A DNA stretch of 32,000 bases from Halorubrum sp. HHNYT27. GTDB taxonomy: Archaea; Halobacteriota; Halobacteria; Halobacteriales; Haloferacaceae. This document shows, piece after piece, positions 14,664 to 24,700 of the stretch. Positions within the stretch are counted from its first letter, which is position 1; each line of letters starts with the position of its first letter. The notes beneath the pieces were generated by a model. That model saw nothing but the letters and a program-made list of their open reading frames with translations, searched no databases and was not told the origin of the DNA. A program made the position numbers and the translations under genes. The DNA is taken from contig NZ_JBLZNH010000004.1 in NCBI RefSeq assembly GCF_051194135.1, forward strand, positions 54,183 to 86,182. The letters are read 5' to 3'.

Positions 14664-16271
14664 TCACTCCTCTTCTCGAAACTCGTTCAGTGGGTCACCG
14701 CTCTTTAATCGTTCTTGAAGCTTCTCCTCTTCGAGGAACCGTATCTCTGAAGTACGAATGTACTCCTCGTTGCGCTCGAAAGTCAGCCAATGGCGATCAG
14801 CGTCCTCGGCGGTCTTCCCGGTCCAGTTTGACCCACCGAAGATGTCGAGCACGATCGGGCGATCGAGGTATCCTGGCGACGTCTGATCGCCACGTTCCCA
14901 CCCGTCGTAAGGCGGGTCGGGAGTCAGCAGGTTCACGAAGAACTGCGGTAACTTCTCCGGGAAGCGGGCAGGGTGTCGATCAAACCCGTATTTACGACAC
15001 ATCCGCTGATAGTGCGTGTTGCTTGCCGTGTTCGGTGTTTTGATGAAGTTCTTCGGAATCGCTCCATCGTTGTCGTTCGAAAACGAGTCTGAGCCGATAT
15101 CATGCCCCGAACTGCGCTTTCCTTCGTTGTATTCACCGGTCTCGATGAGCTCTTCTTGGCTCTCACTGTACGTCTTCAGCACCTGCGAGTTGCGCTGGTT
15201 GTTTACCTCGGGTTTGGGGTATGGCCGTCGGATTTCTTCTCCGTTTTTGATGTGGGCAAGTACTTTTTCCCCATAGACTCGTGGCGCCTTGTTTGTGCCA
15301 AGAATGAGGCTATGGACGTAGAGCGTCCAGTACGGAGAAATGTTCGCTAAGAGCGTCTCCCGTACGTCCTCGTCGTACCGCTCATCGTTGTTCGGTTCGA
15401 GGACCTCGAAGACGCGCTCTAAATCCGCGCGGGTAAGGTCGGTCTCGGCGGACCACGTTTCCGGATCTGACGAACTCACCTCGGCGAGAAGATCAAGAAC
15501 GTACGCGACCGAAAGGCGATCATCAGGCTCCTCGACGATTTCGTCTTCCTCTTCAGCTGCAGTGTTTAGAGTCGTCTGGTCCGTCCCATCGTCGGTAGTT
15601 TTCTGTGAGGGTAGTTCAGCCTCGCCGTAGAGAATCGCCTCGACGACATCCAGCAGTTCGTCGTCGGTGAGGCGGTCTCCAAACTCATCGCGGATCGTCT
15701 CAATGGTCTCGACTTTGTCTTGCAGATCCTGCGTGTAGGCAGGCTCCTTGTTGAGCTCTTTCGAGAACCACCACATTTGCGTCACGGCGTCGACGCCGCG
15801 GAGTTTCCGGACGTTCACCCACTCGATCGGGCTCGGGAGCTTGTTCGGATTGTACCAGTACCAGTCCTGGGCAAACTTCAGGTTGCCCTCCTCGACGATG
15901 CGCGTCAGGAGCTTCCACTGGTACAGAGAGCGCTCCGGCATCCCTTTCTTGAACGCGCCACCGATCTCGACGATGAAGCTCCCGTGCGGTTGGAGCACCC
16001 GCCGAACTTCTGGGATGAACTCCATGAACCACTCGTTGTATGAGTCCTGATCCTTATTCCCGTACTCCTTCTCGTTCTGGAGTGCGAACGGTGGCGACGT
16101 AACGATCAGGTCAATCGAATTGTCGGGTAGCTCCTTCAGCAGTTCGCGGCTATCGCCTTGGAACGCGGCGCCGAGTTCCGTCTCATACGTTGGGGAGGAG
16201 TCAAGAAGATCGGCAACGGACTCTTGATCATCCGCCCGACGATCGCTTTCTTCTACACTACGAGTCCCCAT
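14664..16271 (-). CDS. M.PvuII-like beta-class N4-cytosine DNA methyltransferase with a large acidic insertion
   Basis: Motif IV is IVTSPPFALQNEKEYGN (SPPF at nt 16086-16097). Conserved blocks are KLPSPIEWVN, WWFSK and HPARFPEKLPQFF. Motif I is VLDIFGGSNWTGKTAE (nt 14817-14846). From my recollection of the M.PvuII sequence, the order IV then I and the SPPF/DIFGGSN.TG wording match it. About 190 extra residues sit between WWFSK and the SGHDIG block. Confidence 0.85.
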   Translation of the reverse strand: MGTRSVEESDRRADDQESVADLLDSSPTYETELGAAFQGDSRELLKELPDNSIDLIVTSPPFALQNEKEYGNKDQDSYNEWFMEFIPEVRRVLQPHGSFIVEIGGAFKKGMPERSLYQWKLLTRIVEEGNLKFAQDWYWYNPNKLPSPIEWVNVRKLRGVDAVTQMWWFSKELNKEPAYTQDLQDKVETIETIRDEFGDRLTDDELLDVVEAILYGEAELPSQKTTDDGTDQTTLNTAAEEEDEIVEEPDDRLSVAYVLDLLAEVSSSDPETWSAETDLTRADLERVFEVLEPNNDERYDEDVRETLLANISPYWTLYVHSLILGTNKAPRVYGEKVLAHIKNGEEIRRPYPKPEVNNQRNSQVLKTYSESQEELIETGEYNEGKRSSGHDIGSDSFSNDNDGAIPKNFIKTPNTASNTHYQRMCRKYGFDRHPARFPEKLPQFFVNLLTPDPPYDGWERGDQTSPGYLDRPIVLDIFGGSNWTGKTAEDADRHWLTFERNEEYIRTSEIRFLEEEKLQERLKSGDPLNEFREEE

Positions 16272-16438
16272 TGTTGAGTATTGTTTTCAGACCCCACCGT
16301 ACTATCCTTTACGCCTTGAATTGACTGCGCAGAAATATCAACAAAATAATCTGTCACAATTCGGATCTATGAGGTGAGAAGACTCAGAGCACAATCTATG
16401 GTAGAGGCGCTCACGAACCTCCGCGGTGGACGCGTCGT

Positions 16439-19381
16439 TCAGGTAGCGTCATCGCCGAAGAGGTCATCAAACTCTGGTGGGTCACCAGTGGGCTGGTCGT
16501 GTGTCGTTTCCTCGTGATTGAACGAATCCGGGCCCGCCGTCTGGCCGAGATAGACCGTTTCCTCGTCAGTTCTGGTCGTCATGTGGCCACGCTCGTTGAT
16601 ATGGATCGTCCCACCGCTTTTCAGTCGATAGACGATCTGAGCGGCCTCTTTGACTTCCTCGTTGGTGATGAACGATCGGCTTGATCCGGTGCGTTCGAAC
16701 GGACGTCCCTCGGCGTCAACACTGATCTTGTAGCCGTGGGTCGGTCCCTCATACGGCTCACCCGGCTCGAGATCGGTTACGTCTGGGAACGATGGCTCGG
16801 TGTATTCTTGAACGTCTGGTCGATGGCCGTCGACGAGTTCGCCCTCTAACACCGACTCCTCAACTTCCCAGTGGAGGTGCTCAACGTCTGCGTTGCCGAG
16901 TTGCTCTTCCCAGTCGTATTCGCGGAAGATGTTCTCATCAACAGTGTCGCGCGCATACAAGACGTACAGTTCCGACTGCCGATCCGGGTTATCCCCAGTT
17001 CGGAGGATCCGCCCAAGCGTCTGGATACGTTGGCGAACGCTGCCGCTCGAAACCCGAATAATACCGGTGTCGGCATCTGGCACGTCAACACCCTCGATCA
17101 GGGCTTTGACACTGAGCATGACGTTCGCGTGGTCGTCGGCGCGGAACCACTCCATCGCGAACTCGTTCCATATCTCACGCCGATGTCCTGAATGATACAT
17201 AACTGGCCAGTAATCCGGGCGGGCAAATAGCTCCTCAACCGCTTGGTCGACTTCCTCAAGCTCTGGGAACTCATCGTAAAGCTGGGAACGGTAGCCACTC
17301 GCGCTTTCGGCTGAAATTTCGCCCTCTCGCGTTTGCCCGAGTCGTTCCCAGGGGGCAATCAGCTGTTTCAACTGCTCAATCCGTTCTTGAAACACGATCG
17401 CCTTCTCATCAGTGTCGATCCCCTCTAACAGTCGGAGCGTGATCGCCTGCCGTGCGACCGCATTCTGAACGAGGTAACGACGCCGCTGAGTAAGCGTGAA
17501 GAACTGCCCCACCGACGGGTGAGGCGACTCATCGGAGTTCAGAATCGTATTCAGCTTTTGATGGAGATTGCCATTCAACTGATACAGTCGATTAGCGTAC
17601 CGCGTCCGGATCTCTTTGAGTGCATCTGTGATCTCCCGGCTGAGGCTTTCGTACTTTTGTCGCTCGGCTGGCGCGAGATCGAACCCGACGTAGTTAATTT
17701 TGAAGCTCGGAATCAACTCCTGTTCGATCGCTTCGCTGTAGGTGAGCGTGTAGAACGGTTTCCCGAGGTAGGTGAATAACTGCTCTTCAGTCTCGGTGAG
17801 ATCACGCTCACTCTGTGGTTTTTCTGTCGGTGTCGCAGATAGACCAAGCGTTGCAGTGTTGTGATACCCAAGGACATTCGAGTGGACATCACCGGTATAG
17901 TTGTGACACTCGTCGGCGACGAGCAGATGGGGTGGGAACCCGATGTCATCGAGACAGGTAGCTAGGTAGTCGTCTTTGACAGCCGTGTTAACAATGGTAA
18001 CTAAAATCCTGATCTCATCACCGTCGAACGAATCGCGGTGGCCGTCGCCTGCCCAGCCCAGATCCTCAAGCGGAACGTTGAGCTTTTGAGTCAGTTCGGT
18101 GAGCCACTGATACATCAACACCTTCGTCGGAACAACAATGGTGACAACGCCGTCATCAGTTTCATCGAGCCATCGCCGGATGACTTCAAGGGCCATAACT
18201 GTCTTTCCAGCGCCAGTTACGACCTCTGCAATCCCTTCCTGGGGGTCGGTTTGGGCGGTTCCCGTGAACCAGGTGTTGGCCGCGTCTGCTTGCCAATCGT
18301 ACAGCGTGAAATCGTCCTGGAACGTGTAGGATTTGTTCCCAACGAACTCGGAGAGATCAGCCCGTGTGAGACCACTTCCACATTTAATGAGTTCGCGACG
18401 GGCCTCATCAGGGGACTCCGTACCCTGGATCCGCTGGAGATCATCGACAGAAAGATTTCTGAGTCGGGCGGTCTCGATCCCGAAGTCCGCGTTAATCTGA
18501 GTGCGTAGCTGTTTCCGCTTATTTTTCACTTCAACAAACTCGTCGTTTCGCTGCAACTCGGGATTGCGGTTCGTTGCATGACGAGCACTGGGCTTCAGAT
18601 ACGACTGCCAGAACTGTCTGTACCACTGTTTTCGTTTAGACCACCCACCTGATTCGCGGTACATGTAGTACTTCATCAGGGCTTGTTTCGCCTTCTTGGG
18701 TGGATAATCCGCTAGCACTCCCTCACGCTTGAGATAGTTCTCATATTTTCGAAACAGATCTGGGTTCCGAAGACGGGTGAGCGCCTTCTCAGCATCAACA
18801 GATACGGGAATCTGATACCCATTATCTGTCTCCTCTAAGTAGCCCATATGGCAGAGGAGTTCTGGGTATCCGCGAAGCCCCTGTTGGCTAAACTGATAGC
18901 CGTACTCAGTCTGTAAAGTAGTCTTGATGCTGCGTGAACTCGCTGGCTGGATACATTCGTAGGTGATCGCATGATACACCCGCTCAAGGGCTTCAAAGCC
19001 TTCTGGATGCTCTGCCCGGAGAACCCATCCGCGTTTGAGTGCTTTGTACACGCAGTCACTGAATTCGATTTCACCCTCGAGCCACCGTTGAGCGTCGTTC
19101 TCGACTCGGAGCCGTTTGTCACTCCCTGATCCGATCTCAGCCGATTCTCGGATGAACCCCGAGCGAATGAGATCAGTGATGATGTGACGGGTCCATGAGT
19201 CGCTCAGCGTATCCGCGTGGCGTCGTTCAATCGCAGCTTGACAGGGCTCAACGAATTCAGATTTTGTCGGTGGCTCGGACAGCTCAGCTAACGTCGAGAG
19301 GACTGTTTCGTACCGTTCTTGCTCGTTTGGTAATCCAGGAACGGGTGGAGGGAACCGTCGGATGAGCACCTCATCTGTCAT
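16439..19381 (-). CDS. brxHII: superfamily-2 DEAD/DEAH-type helicase, BrxHII-like, with a long N-terminal extension
   Basis: Motif I is VVTGAGKTVMAL, motif II is LLVADECHNY, motif III is GLSATP, and the helicase-C/motif VI region is LIEGVDVPDADTGIIRVSSGSVRQRIQTLGRILRTG. It sits directly downstream of pglZ. The first roughly 350 aa contain two winged-helix-like segments. Confidence 0.8.
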   Translation of the reverse strand: MTDEVLIRRFPPPVPGLPNEQERYETVLSTLAELSEPPTKSEFVEPCQAAIERRHADTLSDSWTRHIITDLIRSGFIRESAEIGSGSDKRLRVENDAQRWLEGEIEFSDCVYKALKRGWVLRAEHPEGFEALERVYHAITYECIQPASSRSIKTTLQTEYGYQFSQQGLRGYPELLCHMGYLEETDNGYQIPVSVDAEKALTRLRNPDLFRKYENYLKREGVLADYPPKKAKQALMKYYMYRESGGWSKRKQWYRQFWQSYLKPSARHATNRNPELQRNDEFVEVKNKRKQLRTQINADFGIETARLRNLSVDDLQRIQGTESPDEARRELIKCGSGLTRADLSEFVGNKSYTFQDDFTLYDWQADAANTWFTGTAQTDPQEGIAEVVTGAGKTVMALEVIRRWLDETDDGVVTIVVPTKVLMYQWLTELTQKLNVPLEDLGWAGDGHRDSFDGDEIRILVTIVNTAVKDDYLATCLDDIGFPPHLLVADECHNYTGDVHSNVLGYHNTATLGLSATPTEKPQSERDLTETEEQLFTYLGKPFYTLTYSEAIEQELIPSFKINYVGFDLAPAERQKYESLSREITDALKEIRTRYANRLYQLNGNLHQKLNTILNSDESPHPSVGQFFTLTQRRRYLVQNAVARQAITLRLLEGIDTDEKAIVFQERIEQLKQLIAPWERLGQTREGEISAESASGYRSQLYDEFPELEEVDQAVEELFARPDYWPVMYHSGHRREIWNEFAMEWFRADDHANVMLSVKALIEGVDVPDADTGIIRVSSGSVRQRIQTLGRILRTGDNPDRQSELYVLYARDTVDENIFREYDWEEQLGNADVEHLHWEVEESVLEGELVDGHRPDVQEYTEPSFPDVTDLEPGEPYEGPTHGYKISVDAEGRPFERTGSSRSFITNEEVKEAAQIVYRLKSGGTIHINERGHMTTRTDEETVYLGQTAGPDSFNHEETTHDQPTGDPPEFDDLFGDDAT

Positions 19382-19593
19382 TGTGAGTCACTCTGAGCGA
19401 GCTGCAGGTAGTTGTTTTTCTTGGTCATAGACTTAGTGAGGGTTTTCCTGGTATAGTACCGGGTGATGTAATCAAGAGACAACTAGTGGATAGTCATAAC
19501 CGATTTTATCAAGCGTGCCAACAAAGCTCTGAGTTCTTGTGATACCAACAGACAGAGTGGATTTTACTTGAGAGATCTATGTGGCGGTGCGTG

Positions 19594-21702
19594 CTACTGT
19601 GTAATCTCCAAAAATGAGAGCATACACTCCTGTGGAAGAAGCCCACCGTGGTAGTAGCGATCACCACTGTAGCCCTGCTTGCTGAAGTACTGACGCGGAT
19701 CGACGAGAAGCTGGAGGTCCGTATCTAAGTAGTTCAAGCCGGTCGTGTTCGGTGACACCTGTACACCGTTGGACAGTCCGTTCAGGTCACCGCCAGCAAC
19801 GCGCCGGTACTTGACTTCACCGCCTGGTGCATCTGACGGGACAGCTTCCGTTGTCGTCCCCTCGGGCAGGAGGACGAATCCATGGTCTGTGGTAACGTAA
19901 ATCCGATCCCAGTTTTCGTCATCCAACTTCTGCCGGATCGTCTCAGCAAGATCGGAGAGGTAATTGTCGAAATGGTGTTCCATTTCGCCGATTTCACCTT
20001 CGCCAACCTCATCGATTTCCTTATCGTAATAGGCGATTCGACTCTGCCCCCAGCCCGACTCTCGATCTTCGGGGACAGCCCAGCCTTCATCGCTGAGGAA
20101 CGCGATGCGCTGCTGTTTGTTCGATAGCGAGCGTTCACCCTGCGAGGGCGTAAGCGTCTCATTCCGCATGTCGACCGAAAATCTGAACGCCCGGCCCGGA
20201 GTGAGCGCGGCCATACCAAATTTTGTCTCAGAAGGTAACGTCGATAGCCGCGTTTCACGCGTGACATCGAACGAATCGCCGAGCGTCTCGGCGAGACGTT
20301 GGGCAAGGTCGAACCGCAAAGCGTCGATCAACAGGATTGCGACGGTCCCGGCTTTTTCAAATTCGCTTTCGTGATCGGTCCACCACTCATGAGCCGGCGC
20401 TTTGTCCGCAAGGGGATTGCCGACTTGCATGGCAGCCTCAACGTCGCTGGCTAATGTCTCCAGATATTCGCGATACCGAGTTGTCAGCATTTCCTTGCGA
20501 ACTTCTGGGAGTCGCTCCGTCGCCGGGTGGGCTGCGGGTATCTCACTTTCCGGTGTCCCAGTGAGTTGGATGTGGAGCACTTCGTTGTCGATCTGCCAAC
20601 TCCCATCTTCAACGTCAGCATAGGCCGTAAACGGGTCGTCTGTTCCCTCTTGGCTCTCCCATGCGTCGAACTGTTGTTGTAGCCGAGCCAGGTGTTCACA
20701 CTGGGCCCAGAGGTCACGCCAGCCGGTACTTTCGGGATAGACCGCTAATGCTGATTGCCGAGTCTGTGCATGGTCAATACACGTAGCCAGCTCCCCGGCC
20801 TCGAATCGGTCGATCCAGGCTTCCCAGAGCGCATCATCTAGTGCGCGATCCACTGGACACGCAGCATACTCCCAGACATCGTCGAGACGGCGAATGATGT
20901 CTGGCCAGAACTCAACGCTCAGATATTCTTCGGCCCGGGCTCTAGTTCCACCCATATTGAGTAGCGTCGTTAAGGGGCTGTGCGTGGATTCGCCGTACCC
21001 CTCGGGAAAGAGTGAGCCGTCGACACCCGTGTCGTGTAGCGATTGGGCGACTGCCCACCGACGAACCGTCTCTGTAATCTCTGCCGGGCCGGCACCGGGC
21101 GGAATCGGGATGTCGTCATCGAGCCTGTTGCGGACGTCAGCGACTGTCGCCGGATCTCGACTAATCTCCGGCCAGCCATCCCGCAGAAGGTGGTCGATCA
21201 ACTTTCCACCTCCACGCGTGATGATCTCTTCTCGGAGACTGTCGTACTGGGGAGTGCCCCGTGTTTCGAACTTCGCTTTGATTAAGTCAGCTACCCGCTC
21301 TCGAATAACGTCGTCATGGCGCTCAACGTCGAAGATATCCCAGGGGTTGACCTCATAGAGGTCGGCAGTGAGCTCTTCGATGCTACAGGCGACTTCACCA
21401 CCCGTCTCGCGAATGTCTCGAAACCAATCTCGGCCATCCTTGTCGTCAGCGATATACCATACAACCGGTCGGTCCATCTCGCGTTCTTCAGCGAGGGCGT
21501 CGGTACGCAGTCCAAGCGGGAACCCGTCCGCGGCGCGAAAGCCGATATCCATCTCCTCTGTGGCGGCTTCAACAATCTCTCGAAGATAGCCGCCGTCGTC
21601 CCACCACACGACCCGCACGGTGCTCGTGTGGCTCTCTGGGAACGCTTGTTGGAGCCGCTGTTGTGCTTCGTCAGTCAGTGATCGTTTGGGCTGCTGAATC
21701 AT
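19594..21702 (-). CDS. pglZ: PglZ (BrxZ) alkaline-phosphatase-fold protein
   Basis: PglZ hallmarks are present: VAILLIDALRFDLAQRL and IYVTTDHGFVLLPEG. The start overlaps the brxC stop by 4 nt. Confidence 0.9.
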   Translation of the reverse strand: MIQQPKRSLTDEAQQRLQQAFPESHTSTVRVVWWDDGGYLREIVEAATEEMDIGFRAADGFPLGLRTDALAEEREMDRPVVWYIADDKDGRDWFRDIRETGGEVACSIEELTADLYEVNPWDIFDVERHDDVIRERVADLIKAKFETRGTPQYDSLREEIITRGGGKLIDHLLRDGWPEISRDPATVADVRNRLDDDIPIPPGAGPAEITETVRRWAVAQSLHDTGVDGSLFPEGYGESTHSPLTTLLNMGGTRARAEEYLSVEFWPDIIRRLDDVWEYAACPVDRALDDALWEAWIDRFEAGELATCIDHAQTRQSALAVYPESTGWRDLWAQCEHLARLQQQFDAWESQEGTDDPFTAYADVEDGSWQIDNEVLHIQLTGTPESEIPAAHPATERLPEVRKEMLTTRYREYLETLASDVEAAMQVGNPLADKAPAHEWWTDHESEFEKAGTVAILLIDALRFDLAQRLAETLGDSFDVTRETRLSTLPSETKFGMAALTPGRAFRFSVDMRNETLTPSQGERSLSNKQQRIAFLSDEGWAVPEDRESGWGQSRIAYYDKEIDEVGEGEIGEMEHHFDNYLSDLAETIRQKLDDENWDRIYVTTDHGFVLLPEGTTTEAVPSDAPGGEVKYRRVAGGDLNGLSNGVQVSPNTTGLNYLDTDLQLLVDPRQYFSKQGYSGDRYYHGGLLPQECMLSFLEITQ

Positions 21703-24700
21703 TTGTCGGCCTCCGTCTCGATGACGACGATTGTTCCGTCGTCGTACTCCGATAGCTGTTGCCAGAGTTGGGTGTCTGTTTCTCCACCATCATCCTCGTC
21801 GTCACCAGCGAGAATCGCTCGTCCCTGCTCGAGAAGCTGTTTGGCGCGATCTGGTGTCGGAATCGTCGCGCCGGACACAGCCTTGGCGATTTGCTGGGCG
21901 ACGAATCCATCAGGGCTGGCGGGCAGCTCAGTATTGACGGCCTCGAGCTGGGTATGTAGTGAGTCACCGTCGTCCGGTGTCTCGAGGAGTGTGCGTCCAT
22001 TCGCAAGGGTTTCGATGTTATTCCGCAACGCTGAATTGGCAAACGCCTCTTCCGAGAGTGGCTCGTCTGCGTTGTTCGCGTCATCGATTGCCTCTTGAAG
22101 CGCCTCCAGGTTCACCTGTGGATACGTCTCGGTGACCTGTTCGATATCTGCGGCAAGATCTCGACTCACGAGTCTGTCGGTGAGTTCCGCCCGGAGGGCG
22201 TCGATATCGTCGGTCGTCATCGACTGCCCTGCGATCTGTTGATACAGCTCTTGTAGCGTCTCAACCCGGAATTGGCTCGCTTCGTGAAGTTGCGATTCCA
22301 GTATATCGACGCTCGGGATCTTTGAGCCGTTGGTGGCCGTGCTCAGCTGTCCCGTGACCGTCGCCTTGGGATAGTATTCTGTGAGCCAATCTGAAACAGC
22401 GGTAACCTGGTCCCACAGCGGCTCATCCTCATCACTCTCTGTGAGGAACAACGGTGCAACCTTCGCAAACCGTTCGGCCTGTTCGACGACGCTCTCATTC
22501 GTCAGAAGATCAGCATCCAGTTCACCGCCGGAGAACGCTGGGCTGAGGGCATCGTCCAGATCCCCCAGCGTGAGGCGAGTATCGAACTCGAGATTCGTTC
22601 GCGAGACGACCGTGTTGAACGCCTCCGTATGCTGGGTCGCCCACTTGTTGAGCCCGTCGAGCAGCTCGTGAGGATCATCAGTTTCCGGTTCCTCGCCAAC
22701 GAGCGCCGCATAGACGTCAGTGAGGTCCTCCGGTGGGGGCGAGGGGTCGAACACGACGATCGCGTCGGTGAACTTCGTTGTGCTGGTGATCGTACGAGCG
22801 ATCGTCCGGGTATCAGTCACCCGGTCTCCATCGACTCGGAGGGCGATCCGGTTTGCAGCCACAAGAACGAACAGGAGCGTCTGTAGCGCCTCAGTCGGAG
22901 TCCCGAGGAACGCTCCTCCACGAGCGTTGATCGTCTCCAGCACCCGCTCTCCACTGACTCGCTTATCATTATCGAATCGGTCTAGATCGAGGAACTCTTC
23001 GGCCCAACCGTTACTGATCGTCCGTGGCACACGATTTACACCCAGTCGATCGGCGTCCGTTGTGCTCAGAGGCCAGGCTCCGTTGTCTTGGAAGAAGTCG
23101 ATAAGCTCCTGGAGATCCTCCATCTGGAGGGTGTGGTCGATGTTCTTTCGGTTAGGGAACTTCTCATTGACGGCAGTCGTGACCACACTATCGAGATCTT
23201 CGAGGTAGCTTCCGTAGGCTGTCGCCCGCTGCGGCAGGTACACCGCCGCCTCATTAAGACGAGTCCGGAGTTCGTCTTCGACGTCCTCCTGCATCGATTG
23301 GCGTTGGAGCCGGTAATCCGGATCCGGGTCGGCCATCCCCTTCAACACGAGCTGCATGCCGATGAGTTCCCGAACTTGCCGTCGGATTGTCTCTGTGAGC
23401 TCGGCGGTGACTAGCACGTCTTCACGGCCGGTAGGTCCGCTGTGAGCTTCCTGCCACTGCTTGCGCTGGGTGCTGATCGTTGCTTCGTCGTGGACCAACA
23501 GCCGGATAACAATCGTATCGTACTCCTCCGTGACAGAGTCTGGGATCGACCGGTCAATCGAGTACCGAACGGTGTAGCTGATCCCATCGAGCTCGCCAAA
23601 GGCCCCCGTTTGAGTCCCCTCATGAGCCGGTAATCGCGTTGGATCGGCTTCCTGAATGAACTGCTGGATGTTGTTCTGGACTTGGTGTTCAGGAAGCTCG
23701 GTGGCCTCCTGCTGGACTTCCTGCCAGAACTGGATGTCTTCCTCAGAGAGAATGGTATACGTCGGCTCTGCAGTGTCCGTACTCTTTCGGATCAGATTGC
23801 GCTGAGCCATCGCTTCCAGCTGGGTTCGGACCTCTTCAGTCAGTTCATCGACGTCTGTTCCGACATCACGCACCAGCAGGCGAGCCATATTTTCGGCAGT
23901 CCGTGGGACGGTCTCCACCTGGCTGAGCAGAAAGAGCGCTTTGGCCGTTCTGGTTGTTGTTTCGTTTTCGAGCGTGTTCTCCACCCGAGTGATCAGTCCC
24001 GTTGCCCAGCTCGAGATGAGTTCCGTATCGGCGTCGATGATGTCGAAGATCGTGTCCCAGGCGACGACAACACCGGGCTGGCGAGCCGCCCAGCCATGCG
24101 TCACGAACAGCGACCGAACGCGTGCCAGCAGTGCTCGGCCCTGGATGTACTCCCGGTCAGTATCTCGATCTCCCTCGATCAGCCCCTGCATCGATTCACG
24201 GAGGAGCCACAGGTCCAGATCGCGGAACGGGTACGCTTCGACTGGGTTGTTGTGGTCCGGTGGGTTGGCATCTTCAGTAAGTGTCGGTGCTAACTCCGGA
24301 GCGTCGGTGAGGAGTTCTGATTCGATGTAGTCCGCGCCCGTCCCTGATTTCTGGAGCCAGCGCTTTCGAACGATGGTTTCGGTGTCGGCGCCTTCCAGTT
24401 TAATCTCCTGTGCGTACCAGGCTTCCTCATCGACGTCACCGATGAAGTTCTGCTGCATGTCCCGCATCGGCCATTGACCGGTGCCCAAGATCGGCGGATT
24501 AAGGCCATCGATGAGGGCGGTCACCGTTTCAATTACCTCTTCGTACCGCCGCTGCTGATCACCGACGTAGATCGCGATTTCGTCAAGCCCGATCAGGTAT
24601 TGATAGGTGTCGCCGTCCTGCTCGAGATGGCGTTTTGTCCGATGAAGTCGCTCGACGAGGTCGTCCGGACTGAAGGATGCGGGATCGATCGCTTCCTCAG

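Noticed and set aside
14246-15043. ORFs 14246-14515 (minus, 89 aa), 14500-14718 (plus, 72 aa) and 14528-15043 (plus, 171 aa) in or next to the long gap
   Set aside because: Their basic, Cys/Arg-rich compositions are unlike the local proteome. The last overlaps the well-supported methyltransferase 3' end. The TnpB-remnant frame explains the region better.
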